DNA of 64,000 nt, taken from UHGV virus genome UHGV-1364187; one strand, written 5' to 3'. The stretch comes from a virus. The position numbers and the translations under genes were made by a program. Position 1 is the stretch's first letter. Each line of letters starts with the position of its first letter. The notes beneath the pieces were generated by a model. It was not told the DNA's origin and did no database searches. It saw nothing but the letters and a program-made list of their open reading frames with translations. Positions 38,249 through 48,695 of this stretch are shown here, in pieces.

Positions 38249-38451
38249 TACACCCCTAACTGTCTATCGATTTCATCATCTTCATAATCATCTGGAAATA
38301 CACCATCTTCATCACAATCTAAAGTAGCAGATTCATTAATAGATGTTTGTGTATCAATTGGAACAGAACTAAATACTCTGTCTAAAACAGACTCTAATAA
38401 TGTTTCATTTTCAGATTGTTCTGAAATCATCTCATTAAATGTTTTGTACAT
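38248..38451 (-). CDS. Small acidic protein of 67 aa.
   Basis: ORF with an overlapping stop and start. Confidence 0.55.
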   Translation of the reverse strand: MYKTFNEMISEQSENETLLESVLDRVFSSVPIDTQTSINESATLDCDEDGVFPDDYEDDEIDRQLGV

Positions 38452-38453
38452 TG

Positions 38454-39671
38454 TTATTTCCTCCTTTTAGTCATTTTTACTATTTTGTTAGCATTATAAT
38501 TAAGTATATAGATTACTATAGGAATCAAATAGTATAATCTTTTATTTTTTGAGAATACAACTTCTTCTAATGTCTCTATATCAGCTTTGGTTATAGTTTT
38601 ATTATTCATGTAGTTTATAATTATATTCTCTAAGTGATCTGGCATATCTAATGGTTCGTCATCTACTATAGCTTCTATAAGTTTTACATCTATAGTTTCT
38701 ATTGTTGTATAACAAGCCAATACAAATTCATCTTTTTGAATATAATGTGGTCTATAATATGATTCTTGCCTCATACTCAATATAGAATTTATCTGATTTA
38801 TATTATCAAGATAAGCATTATAATAACAATCTTCTAGTTTATTTTTGTCTTTATCTTCTATATGCCTAAAGAATGTTTTATCATACTCTAATGAGAATGT
38901 TGGTTCTAGATACATTTGTTGAGTATAACAAGAAAAGTTCTTATCATATGATAATATCTTATTTCTTATTAAGAACTCATTTAATGCAGGATCATAGACA
39001 AATTGTTCATTATATTGTAATATGAAAGATTCTACTCTAGTATTAAAAAATAAATCTATATAATATTCAATAAGCTTAGAAATTAATACATCTATAGCAG
39101 TTAAAAAATCAAAATCGGTTTTTTCTATATATGCGTTATATTCTGTACCGATATTATTTATTACCATTTCATATTCACCGACTATCTTGTCTAATACACC
39201 ATCTGGGTTATTTCTAGTATAAGAATATGAAATAGAGTAAACTGTTTCTACTTCTGGAGTACCGTATTCAACTTTAGTAACTTTGAATAGATATTGATTA
39301 TCATAATGGTTTATAATAAAGTAATCATTTGCTTTTGGAACAAATCCTGGAAGCATAGTACATTCACCTTCTATATCTCCAGATTCCAATCCAAAATCTC
39401 CTAGTTCCATCGATAACGTGAGTTTCTCTAATCCATATAAGATTACATTATTAATCTTCTTGAACTTTATAGGCGAATCTTTACCTCTATCAGAATAAGC
39501 TTTAAGATTACCTTCATCTAATGTAGATAATTCTTCTGATTGAGATAAATATGTAACTATAGTTTTACCTTTATCTAATAATGGATAATATGGATTATTA
39601 TGCATATTTTTAAATCCATCTGTAAGTTTATCTACAGTATTTTGTATATTCATATTGACAAACTTTCCCAT
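38454..39671 (-). CDS. Hypothetical protein of 405 aa.
   Basis: ORF with SD AAGGAGGTTTTATTATG. Confidence 0.75.
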   Translation of the reverse strand: MGKFVNMNIQNTVDKLTDGFKNMHNNPYYPLLDKGKTIVTYLSQSEELSTLDEGNLKAYSDRGKDSPIKFKKINNVILYGLEKLTLSMELGDFGLESGDIEGECTMLPGFVPKANDYFIINHYDNQYLFKVTKVEYGTPEVETVYSISYSYTRNNPDGVLDKIVGEYEMVINNIGTEYNAYIEKTDFDFLTAIDVLISKLIEYYIDLFFNTRVESFILQYNEQFVYDPALNEFLIRNKILSYDKNFSCYTQQMYLEPTFSLEYDKTFFRHIEDKDKNKLEDCYYNAYLDNINQINSILSMRQESYYRPHYIQKDEFVLACYTTIETIDVKLIEAIVDDEPLDMPDHLENIIINYMNNKTITKADIETLEEVVFSKNKRLYYLIPIVIYILNYNANKIVKMTKRRK

Positions 39672-39729
39672 AATAAAACCTCCTTAATATATTAATTTTA
39701 ATAAGATTATATAGATGTAGACAAAAAAT

Positions 39730-39770
39730 AAATCTAGTAAAGGTGCCCGAATACCTTTACTAGATTTATT
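39730..39770 (-). terminator. Hairpin AAATCTAGTAAAGGT...ACCTTTACTAGATTT.
   Basis: 15-bp stem. Confidence 0.6.
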
Positions 39771-39875
39771 ATATATATGCAGTAGTTTTAATAAACATTT
39801 GTAGTTTTTGATTATAATACTATAAGATGCTCAATATACTTGAGCACTATATAAATACGACAATCTGTTGTAGTT

Positions 39876-40022
39876 TTATTTCTTTATAGCACTTTCTTTT
39901 ATTTCCCATTTGATATTTGATGTTGCACTGTATCCTATACATAATGATGTAACATAAACTGTTACAGATACAAATACTATTAGTATTGCGAACATTATAT
40001 TCTTTTTGTTGCTTGTTTTCAT
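39876..40022 (-). CDS. Small membrane protein of 48 aa (MKTSNKKNIMFAILIVFVSVTVYVTSLCIGY...).
   Basis: SD GAAGAGG upstream. One transmembrane helix. Confidence 0.4.
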   Translation of the reverse strand: MKTSNKKNIMFAILIVFVSVTVYVTSLCIGYSATSNIKWEIKESAIKK

Positions 40023-40043
40023 TTTAAAATAAACCTCTTCTCT

Positions 40044-41066
40044 TTATAGTTGTATAAAAGTGTCAATAATTCTATCTGGGCTTACGCCATAATCTTTTTC
40101 TCCGATACAATTATTAGTGTGCAGATATGTTGGAATTCCAAAAACCTGCAATACTTGTGATAGTTGTATAAATTGTGCGATATCTACTTCACTATCACGA
40201 TATATGTGAACTTCACAATAGAACATATTAAGTTTAATTAATTGGTCTATTAGTGAAAGATAATTTTTATTCTGTAATGCATAGTATATACCTGGTTCTC
40301 TATTACGAAGATTTAAATATACCGATAATATATCAAAAGGACCTTCTGCCAAGCACACTAGCGTTCTTTTAGATGTATTTAAATATACCTGAGTAGGTAT
40401 AATATAATATGAATCATCCATATCATCATTGAATATTTTGTAGTTTACATATCTCTTATCTACATATTTAGAGACTTTCCCTTCTCTAAGATTTCTCATA
40501 TTTATAGCACCATTATGTCCAGCTATAAAACCAATAAATGAAGAGTTTAACTCATCCATTACCATTGGATATCTAGTATATTCTTTTATGTTATTATAAT
40601 TCAATAGATCATATAGATTTAAAACTATTTTAAGATTTATAATATCATTATAAGTAAGTTGAGTTCCTAAGCGTTTATTTATAAAAGCAAGTTTAAGTTC
40701 ACTCATCTTACTATCTGATATATACCCGTTCTGAATTGTATATATTCTTTGATTATTCTTATTTACTCTTGGTTTATATTTTGATTCTTTATACCCTTTG
40801 TTTAATTCTAATGCTAATTCAGAATCAAATATACCAATTGAATTTAAAAATTGAGTTGTGACTATTCCGCTATTAGGACATCTTTTACAATGGTACATCG
40901 GAATACCATTATTCATTCCTATATATAAATGTGTTGAATGATCGTCACAATTATTACATCTCATACATACTTCATTACCACCAGAACATGGTCTGGCTGA
41001 AGAAATATTTTCTAATAGCAAGCTTTTAAGATGTTCCCATATGTCTATATCTGCCATATTATTCAC
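40044..41066 (-). CDS. DNA primase-like protein with an N-terminal zinc ribbon and a TOPRIM-like motif.
   Basis: CMRCNNCDDHSTHLY...YHCKRCPNSG (C-x2-C...H-C-x2-C). LVCLAEGPFDILSV resembles the TOPRIM E-G-x-x-D motif. Confidence 0.45.
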   Translation of the reverse strand: MNNMADIDIWEHLKSLLLENISSARPCSGGNEVCMRCNNCDDHSTHLYIGMNNGIPMYHCKRCPNSGIVTTQFLNSIGIFDSELALELNKGYKESKYKPRVNKNNQRIYTIQNGYISDSKMSELKLAFINKRLGTQLTYNDIINLKIVLNLYDLLNYNNIKEYTRYPMVMDELNSSFIGFIAGHNGAINMRNLREGKVSKYVDKRYVNYKIFNDDMDDSYYIIPTQVYLNTSKRTLVCLAEGPFDILSVYLNLRNREPGIYYALQNKNYLSLIDQLIKLNMFYCEVHIYRDSEVDIAQFIQLSQVLQVFGIPTYLHTNNCIGEKDYGVSPDRIIDTFIQL

Positions 41067-41126
41067 CTCCTTATCTCACTATTATAATATATAATTATTA
41101 TATTGTTTACTATGAAATAAAAAATA

Positions 41127-41150
41127 AAAGAGAGTATATACTCTCTTTTA
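41127..41150 (-). terminator. Hairpin AAAAGAGAGTATATACTCTCTTTT.
   Basis: Palindrome. Confidence 0.6.
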
Positions 41151-41738
41151 TTAAGCTAAAGTTAATCTTACAACAGTTGGTGCACAATCTGTCCCATCTG
41201 AATTATAGAATTGGACCATTCTTGTTTTATTCATAATGATTCCTTTCATATATACTCTTGACATTTCATTATTAGTATAATCTTTTACAATCTCATAAGG
41301 ACACCCTTTAGATTTACATTTAGATACTTCTTTATTTATAAGACTATTAATTGTATATCTGTTTAAAGATTTACCATTATAGATACAATCTTGAAATTCT
41401 ACCATTACAATTTTGTCTGTGTAGAAGTATTTAATCATATATACAAAATCACCATTTGAATTGTAACAATTCATGAATGCTGTATCATTGTAATAAGAAA
41501 AGTCTACATAATCACATTGGTTCAATAATCTATATGCAATATCATACTTATCCATTCTTCCATTTGCAAATTCGTTCATAAGTGTATATACATCTTTTCT
41601 TTGATATTTATCATAATCAACTACTAGATTATGATTTCTTTCAAATGCTTCCGCATTATAATCAGAATAAGCAAATGTTTGTACACCACCTGATACTAAA
41701 GTTAAAGCTAAAGTTAAAGCTGCAAATAATTTTTTCAT
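41151..41738 (-). CDS. Secreted or exported protein of 195 aa with a signal peptide.
   Basis: MKKLFAALTLALTLVSGGVQTFA followed by YSD. Confidence 0.6.
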   Translation of the reverse strand: MKKLFAALTLALTLVSGGVQTFAYSDYNAEAFERNHNLVVDYDKYQRKDVYTLMNEFANGRMDKYDIAYRLLNQCDYVDFSYYNDTAFMNCYNSNGDFVYMIKYFYTDKIVMVEFQDCIYNGKSLNRYTINSLINKEVSKCKSKGCPYEIVKDYTNNEMSRVYMKGIIMNKTRMVQFYNSDGTDCAPTVVRLTLA

Positions 41739-41779
41739 AATAGATCACTCCTTAAATTTTTATTATATATTATTCACTT

Positions 41780-41800
41780 AAATAATATATAATTGAAATT
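41780..41800 (-). promoter_or_regulatory. Class-B promoter-like motif.
   Basis: AAATAATATATAATTGAAATT. Confidence 0.45.
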
Positions 41801-41815
41801 TAAAAGTTTTACAAA

Positions 41816-42340
41816 CTATAACTCTACAATTTGTTGCATATCTGCAATTCTTAATAGAAATCTTATCATGAAAATATTATAATCATTCAGTTCTTTGTTA
41901 AATATAACCTCTATCGGTTCATCTTCATTATCTAATTCTATACTGAGACCTAATATATCATTTGGATTTATATATAATATTTCTTCATTTCTACCTAATA
42001 TGGTAGTGATGCATTCAATATGTGGAGATTTGTCTAATATATACATATCTCCAAATTCATTAGCAAAGACACACAATGCACAAATTGCAGCAATCCGTAT
42101 AATAAATAGATTATCTTCACATTCTATTGAATCATCATTGAATAATGGGAATATTAACATTTTCTCTGTTCTAAATACGTTATATGAAAAAGCTGCCATT
42201 TGTGCAAGTATAAATTCAGCATCAATACCGTTTAATTTTACATGATATACATCTGGTAGTTTTAGCATCATATTAGCATCGAAAATATTATATGTGTAAA
42301 AGTTCATTATATTATCTTTTAAAGGTTTAACTAATTTCAT
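41816..42340 (-). CDS. Hypothetical protein of 174 aa.
   Basis: ORF with SD AAGGAATGGAG. Confidence 0.65.
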   Translation of the reverse strand: MKLVKPLKDNIMNFYTYNIFDANMMLKLPDVYHVKLNGIDAEFILAQMAAFSYNVFRTEKMLIFPLFNDDSIECEDNLFIIRIAAICALCVFANEFGDMYILDKSPHIECITTILGRNEEILYINPNDILGLSIELDNEDEPIEVIFNKELNDYNIFMIRFLLRIADMQQIVEL

Positions 42341-42390
42341 AATTTGATCAACTCCATTCCTTTTAAAATACTAATATAGAGATTCTTTCT

Positions 42391-44016
42391 CTATATTAGT
42401 AATAAATATATTAATACTTCTTCCATAATAATAGAAGGTATGTTTTCTACAATAGTCCCATTGAGTTCTGGATCATCATAATCTACAATCTTAAAAGTAC
42501 TTACTGATAAAGTTGCAATGAAAGATAGAATATCTTCTACAAATCTATCATGTTCTTTTCTAGATTGAGAATATCTCATTTTCATCTCTTTCTCTATATT
42601 AGGGTCATAATACATATTGCTATCAACTCCAACAATATCATTCATTGAGAATACGTTAGATAGACCTACATATTTCTCTATTACATATTTAAAGTAGATT
42701 GAGTTAGATAGTTCTGTATATTCTTTTTTATTGATATTCTTCTTCCTAATAAGCTTAACAACATTACCACTTATTATATATGGTAATATTCTTAAGTTAT
42801 GGCCTTCTAATAATCTCTTAGCAGCTATTACTAGTTTGATATATTCTTCTATATTATCAAGAGATTTGATACTCATTGGATCTCCAAAATACTTCATGAA
42901 TAGATTGAATACTAATTCTTTTTGAAATTTATTGATCTTTCCTCCGAACTCTTTATAATAGAAATTTATTTCGTCTTGTTCAAAAGGACCATATAACATT
43001 TCTATTTGCTTCATTGTATATGAGCAGTTTACATCATTTTGCAATAACAATGATTCATCATTACGAATTAATAAACTCTCATATTTATCAAACTCACTAT
43101 TATTATCTTCATCTCTGTTAGATAATGATAAAGGAATGAAACTGTATTCCCATGTAATACCAGTAATTTGAAATCCATTGTTGTTATTGATAGAACCAAA
43201 GTTCAAACTAACAATGTTCTTATTATATACATACTTAGGTAATACATTTAAGAGAATATTATCTATACATGATAATGCATGTGTAGTAACGTTTTTACTT
43301 CTGATATCTTGTTGATCCCACAATCCAGTATCACGCTTATATGAAGTATTAACATTTGTAATTGCTGTTTCATATAACTTATTGTATAGATCAACATCAC
43401 TGTACAATTCGATATTCAATAATATATCACATATTGTAAGAATAAAGTTATTGTCATCTTCTGAAGATCTCATATACATAAAATGACATGCTAATGGAAT
43501 GATCATATTCATTAACATACTAATTCTCATTAACAGTTTAGCATGTCTATTAGTATAACAAATAGCTGAATTGTTATTCTTATATACTAAGTCTATTATA
43601 TAATTATCATCGTTCATATTCTTAACTTTCCATAGAATAGTAGGAGATAATATATATCTTTGTATATCAGCTAAAAAATTGTCTTTGGTATAAGAAGCTT
43701 CATAATCGATAAGATATTTTATTTTAGAATAAATCATAAATAACTCTTTATCTTGATCATAGAACTTCTCGAAATAGTTTAAATAATGACACATATGCTC
43801 TTTCATCTCTTGAGTTGCATAGCATCGTTTGGACGTTAGAATAAAATAATCTATAGATCGTTTATCTTCATCATCTAATCCATAGAAATCGAAAATAGGA
43901 GCAACAAATGCTCCTTTACAATGTGTGAATAACATATCATCCTCATTAGGAATCCAATCATCCACTTTAGGATTGTTATAAGATCTCTCTTCTGATATTG
44001 TTGCTGGTACTATCAT
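42391..44016 (-). CDS. Hypothetical protein of 541 aa with an MIVPATISEE N-terminus.
   Basis: ORF with SD AAGGAGGTTTTATAAAATG. Confidence 0.75.
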   Translation of the reverse strand: MIVPATISEERSYNNPKVDDWIPNEDDMLFTHCKGAFVAPIFDFYGLDDEDKRSIDYFILTSKRCYATQEMKEHMCHYLNYFEKFYDQDKELFMIYSKIKYLIDYEASYTKDNFLADIQRYILSPTILWKVKNMNDDNYIIDLVYKNNNSAICYTNRHAKLLMRISMLMNMIIPLACHFMYMRSSEDDNNFILTICDILLNIELYSDVDLYNKLYETAITNVNTSYKRDTGLWDQQDIRSKNVTTHALSCIDNILLNVLPKYVYNKNIVSLNFGSINNNNGFQITGITWEYSFIPLSLSNRDEDNNSEFDKYESLLIRNDESLLLQNDVNCSYTMKQIEMLYGPFEQDEINFYYKEFGGKINKFQKELVFNLFMKYFGDPMSIKSLDNIEEYIKLVIAAKRLLEGHNLRILPYIISGNVVKLIRKKNINKKEYTELSNSIYFKYVIEKYVGLSNVFSMNDIVGVDSNMYYDPNIEKEMKMRYSQSRKEHDRFVEDILSFIATLSVSTFKIVDYDDPELNGTIVENIPSIIMEEVLIYLLLI

Positions 44017-44067
44017 TTTATAAAACCTCCTTGTAGTATTATTTACTTCATATATATAATATATGAT

Positions 44068-44826
44068 TTATTTCTTTTTTACTACCGTACTTGTTCGAGA
44101 TTTATTAGTAGTTTTTGTTTTAGTAACAGATTTAACTGGTTGTTTTACATTACTCTGTTTATCAATAACATTGTCTTTAACTGGACGTTTTTCAACTTTA
44201 TTTCTTTTAGCTCTCTTTTCAGCTTCTATTCTTTTTCCTTGTTCTTGTCTAGCCAAGATTTTAGTATCTGCGTCTTCTATAGATGCAACAAATAATTTCT
44301 TATTGAATGGTTTAACATAAATTTCAAATACATTCTTTTGGAATAAACCTTTTGAATTCATAATAAGATATAAAAAGAATAATGATTTTACATATCCTAC
44401 ATTACTTCCAGCATTTCTTTCTTTAGCTACAGTATTTAAGAATGTCTTAGGCATCTTTGGTTTAAGCATATCTATAAACATATTATGTTTCTTAAATGCA
44501 TGAGCAAAAGTGAAACAGAATGATGGATCATTAGAATAAAATCTTACATCATAATCTCTTAAATCTTTTTTCATTGAAGTAAATGGATTAATTGTACTAA
44601 ATTCCACCACAGTATCATAGTAAAATTTTGGAACAACCTCACTTGGTATTCTAATATGTACAATATAATCATTACCATTCATATATAAATTATAAGTTAT
44701 TTTACCAGCTTCTCTCAACATAATCAGATCTAATTTTTTCTTATACATATCTCTATACATTTGCATATTTGAAAAAACTGAATTCTTTTTTCCCATAGGG
44801 TTTTTGATATAATCATCAAATGTCAT
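44068..44826 (-). CDS. Hypothetical protein of 252 aa with a very basic Lys-rich C-terminal tail.
   Basis: ORF with SD AGGAGGGATATCATATG. Confidence 0.7.
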   Translation of the reverse strand: MTFDDYIKNPMGKKNSVFSNMQMYRDMYKKKLDLIMLREAGKITYNLYMNGNDYIVHIRIPSEVVPKFYYDTVVEFSTINPFTSMKKDLRDYDVRFYSNDPSFCFTFAHAFKKHNMFIDMLKPKMPKTFLNTVAKERNAGSNVGYVKSLFFLYLIMNSKGLFQKNVFEIYVKPFNKKLFVASIEDADTKILARQEQGKRIEAEKRAKRNKVEKRPVKDNVIDKQSNVKQPVKSVTKTKTTNKSRTSTVVKKK

Positions 44827-44919
44827 ATGATATCCCTCCTAAACTTATTAAGTATAAGTTATTTAGATAGTAAAATGTAAAAAATAGATAGTGAAAATTA
44901 ATCCACTATCTATTTTTAT

Positions 44920-46617
44920 TTACATGTATTTATTCTCTGCAGTATTTCTACAGATAAATTGATTTGATGTATAAATCAATGTAAGAATTTTAGCAATAGC
45001 ATCTAATACTGCACAATCTGATTCAATAGATGCAATAATATCTTTATTAAATTCTTTCTTTACGACATCGTATACTACAGTTCCTTTTTGTTCAATGATA
45101 TTATTAATAATCCCATCAGAATCTGTAATATTCGAATTTGAATATAAGATTTTAATAAGATTTCTATATGATCTATTGATAATATTCTTTATAGTATCTT
45201 TATGATAATCATTAGAATAATCAATTACATATGATGCGTATAATCCTTCAACATTAGATGCCATACCATAACCATGTTCATCAGCAGATCTAATATTAAG
45301 AACAGCATCTTCTACTAAATCTCTTACAGAATCTCTATCAGCAGCACTAATACCACCAATATGAAATTCTACTAAATTTCCTTTAAGAGATTGAATTCTA
45401 CGTTTCATCTCACCAATTTCATGAGCATTTGCTCCTTGTTCTTTTCGTTTCTTTAATTCTGTCTCTAAATAGTTTAAGTGAACATTGAATGTTTTTGAAT
45501 AGTCTCCATTTTCATCTCTCATTTCTTTTGGATTGACAAATTTGGATTTATCAGCATCACATTCAAATACTTCACATGTACCGTAGAAATCTTTTGAAAT
45601 ATTATCTAATGTTGGAGCTAATCCCTTTTTAACCATTTCTTCATAGATCTTCTTATCAATAGATTTCTGAATAGGTTTTGCTCCAATCATTTTAATGATA
45701 TCCATATATTGTTCTGTTTGTGTAATATTCGTAACTACACATAATGGAAGTCTACTCTCTGATGATTGTTGAGAGAACATTCCAATGATATTGTCTATGT
45801 AATTACTCATATCCCTAGAAATACTTGGTACCAAGATTACAGTTGGTACAATCATATCTGGTTTATTTTCATTGATAGCTGTAACAATATTATCATAGAT
45901 AATCTTATCAAAGAATTGAGCTTGTTCTAATGTATTGATAGGATCAATAAATGCATAGATTCTTGGTTTAGGAATAATACATTTATTCTTAGATGTATTT
46001 ACAAATGATGGGTCCATATATCCACATTGTAAATTCATACCGTTATATTCTTTTAAAGCTGTTACTCCATTAGAAGATACAGCTACGTCGATGAATACAC
46101 CTGAACCAAATTTAGCATAAATATCTCTTAATGTTTCAGCAATTCTTACGTTTCCATTAGTAGATACCATTGCAATTTTATATACAGCATCTAAATCTAA
46201 TTCTTTAGATCTAGTTTTAATTTGTTTAATAATATCATTAACTACACTTTGGAATTGTCTCATAACTTCAAAAGGTGTTAAATCTTTAGATATAGAGCTT
46301 TTTAACAATTCTTCAAAGATAAGATGTGAAAGTAAAATAGCTGATGTTGTTCCATCTCCAACTTCTTTTACTACAGATCTTGTAATTTCATAGATATCTT
46401 CTTTAGTCGAACTTTCAATATCTCCTATAACTTCAATTTTACTCAAAATAGACTTACCGTCTTTTGTATATCTTGTAAGAGTTTGAGTACCTCCACTGAT
46501 TGTAGTGTTAGATCCATCAGGACCAAAAGATAACTTTAAACAATCTGCTAAGAATTTTAAAGTTTCTAATCTAACCTCTACTAATTTTTTACCTGATACT
46601 ACATTTGATCTAATCAT
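44920..46617 (-). CDS. GroEL/Cpn60-family chaperonin, phage-encoded.
   Basis: The N-terminal region aligns with GroEL: VEVRLETLKFLADCLKLSFGPDGSNTTI, TKDGKSILSKIEV, and the ATP-binding VGDGTTSAILL (GDGTTT in GroEL). 565 aa. Confidence 0.7.
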   Translation of the reverse strand: MIRSNVVSGKKLVEVRLETLKFLADCLKLSFGPDGSNTTISGGTQTLTRYTKDGKSILSKIEVIGDIESSTKEDIYEITRSVVKEVGDGTTSAILLSHLIFEELLKSSISKDLTPFEVMRQFQSVVNDIIKQIKTRSKELDLDAVYKIAMVSTNGNVRIAETLRDIYAKFGSGVFIDVAVSSNGVTALKEYNGMNLQCGYMDPSFVNTSKNKCIIPKPRIYAFIDPINTLEQAQFFDKIIYDNIVTAINENKPDMIVPTVILVPSISRDMSNYIDNIIGMFSQQSSESRLPLCVVTNITQTEQYMDIIKMIGAKPIQKSIDKKIYEEMVKKGLAPTLDNISKDFYGTCEVFECDADKSKFVNPKEMRDENGDYSKTFNVHLNYLETELKKRKEQGANAHEIGEMKRRIQSLKGNLVEFHIGGISAADRDSVRDLVEDAVLNIRSADEHGYGMASNVEGLYASYVIDYSNDYHKDTIKNIINRSYRNLIKILYSNSNITDSDGIINNIIEQKGTVVYDVVKKEFNKDIIASIESDCAVLDAIAKILTLIYTSNQFICRNTAENKYM

Positions 46618-46630
46618 TTTAAATCCTCCT

Positions 46631-47232
46631 TTAAGTAAATAGGTTAATAAGTTTTAAATTAATCTTATCAGCAACAAATAATGCTAATTCTTCTGGAAGA
46701 AGTACTTTGTCACCAATGATATTAAGATTATATCTAACCATTGCCATATAAACAGCATTTCCAATATATCTACGTGGATTAGAATACAATCTAAATGGTG
46801 TATGTACAAAGAAAGTATCAAATTGTTCTTTCTCTACTTCATTATCTAGTATTGTATTATATCCAAATAGCTCTTTAATAATTTGTTCTTCTGTTTGTGT
46901 TTTACAACAAATAGTTAGTTCTATCATACTTTGATGTTGTGCAGCGTTTACAACATTAAAAATATTATCATTCGCTATAAGATTACTTGTAATGATATCA
47001 TTATATTTCACTATTAGATCTTTCTTTCTATTTTCCAATTGTTCATCTGTTTCGTTTGGATAATCTATAGATAGTACATTATATCTAGTTCTATTTTGTA
47101 ATAACTCATATACTTCTTTACATGGTTTTATATCACTAAGATTATTAATATTATGGTTCATATATAATATAGCATAGTCGTAGTTCAATAACATATCAAA
47201 ATCGACTAGTAAAATATCTTTATCGTCCATGT
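46631..47232 (-). CDS. Hypothetical protein of ~200 aa, with the start moved to the SD-supported ATG.
   Basis: SD AAGGAGAGACGTACATG. This resolves the overlap with the 47289 gene. Confidence 0.6.
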
Positions 47233-47288
47233 ACGTCTCTCCTTTCTGATAAAAAATAAAGAGCGATATTAATATCGCTCTTATGTTT

Positions 47289-48071
47289 TTATAATAAACT
47301 TTGTAAATCAGCTTCAACATCATCAGATGATGTATTTTCTGATGAATTGTTTCTTCCTGGATTATCAAAGATACCCCTACCAGAAGAACCATTATGTGGT
47401 TTATTTCCGTATTGTTTCTTTTCAATTCCAAGTTTCTCACAAATAGCTTTACGATCATTATATGCACCATTGTCTGCATATCTGTTTAAATCATTGATGG
47501 AATATGCAATAGCATTAGTAGAAGCTTTAACATATTCTTCTAATGTAATTTTAAACATTTCTAACTCTGCCATACCATAGAATACTTTGTCATATTCTTT
47601 AGTATTTTTATCGAAATTCCTAATGGCATATTTATCACCTACAAACTCATATGCATAAGTATATACAATATCACCATTTTCATCAATCTTTCTTAAAAAC
47701 ATTAATGGTTGAGTAATACCAAATTCTGTACCATTACTAATAGATAATAATGAACCAGAATTATTTACACAACCAACGTTATTATAAGCCATAGGGTCTT
47801 GTAAGAACGTTTCAATTTCTTTGATAAGAATAAGTGCATCCATATGATTAATGTAAATAACACCACTATTATCATAATCATATCTAGCATTATCTGGTGT
47901 AGAATTTTTAAGCATTGGTGAAAATACTAATTTCATCATACCAAATAAATATTTGATTTGATATGTTGAAGGATCTACAGTTGAATTTGGATTGTAGAAC
48001 CTTAATCTTGTAATTGCTTCTCTTGCTTCGATTTTATTATCGTTTTGATTACTTCCATTTCCTAATGCCAT
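47289..48071 (-). CDS. Hypothetical protein of ~260 aa, with the start moved to MALGNGSNQ.
   Basis: SD AAGGAGGAATTATAAAATG upstream of the ATG at 48071. Confidence 0.65.
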   Translation of the reverse strand: MALGNGSNQNDNKIEAREAITRLRFYNPNSTVDPSTYQIKYLFGMMKLVFSPMLKNSTPDNARYDYDNSGVIYINHMDALILIKEIETFLQDPMAYNNVGCVNNSGSLLSISNGTEFGITQPLMFLRKIDENGDIVYTYAYEFVGDKYAIRNFDKNTKEYDKVFYGMAELEMFKITLEEYVKASTNAIAYSINDLNRYADNGAYNDRKAICEKLGIEKKQYGNKPHNGSSGRGIFDNPGRNNSSENTSSDDVEADLQSLL

Positions 48072-48280
48072 TTTATAATTCCTCCTTAAATATCTATAAT
48101 CGATTATTCTGATGTTATCGATTAAGTAGTATTTTAATGTATTCATTATTATGATACATATAACTTGTTTCGTTATAAAAAACTATTGGTGGTACTAACT
48201 GTTCAACTAAATGTCTATGTTCTAATATATGGTATATATTCATGCATTTTAAAAATCATTTTATACCAATTCAATCTATA

Positions 48281-48472
48281 TCACTCCCTTCTTATACGCT
48301 TAATAGGACTCATTAATGTGTATGGTGGCTCATTAACAAACTCCATATTATATAAATTTCCTCTTAATTTAGGGAGATCAAAATTTAATATTGGTGCGTT
48401 TTTAATAGATCGAATCATGATTTTCTTTTCTATTTTTTTAAGTATATTATTTATTCTTTTCATTAACTTCAT
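48281..48472 (-). CDS. Small basic protein of 63 aa.
   Basis: SD GAGGAGAGAAG upstream. Overlaps the end of the 48447..48599 ORF. Confidence 0.4.
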   Translation of the reverse strand: MKLMKRINNILKKIEKKIMIRSIKNAPILNFDLPKLRGNLYNMEFVNEPPYTLMSPIKRIRRE

Positions 48473-48599
48473 TATTACTTCTCTCCTCTATTATAATTTT
48501 GCCTTGAATTGGATAATACTTACCTTTAATTGTGTATCTTTCAGATGCACTGATTGCTGGTAGTTTTATTTCTTCTTTCTGTTTTTCTTTATTACTCAT
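48447..48599 (-). CDS. Small protein of 50 aa (MSNKEKQKEEIKLPAISASERY...).
   Basis: SD AAAGGAGGAATTATATATG. Contains a KLPAISASE motif. Confidence 0.4.
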   Translation of the reverse strand: MSNKEKQKEEIKLPAISASERYTIKGKYYPIQGKIIIEERSNNEVNEKNK

Positions 48600-48695
48600 A
48601 TATAATTCCTCCTTTTCACATTTATAATATATGATTGTAATTATTATTAATAAGTAGATATAGAAGTAGAATTAAATTCTACTTCTATATCGTTT

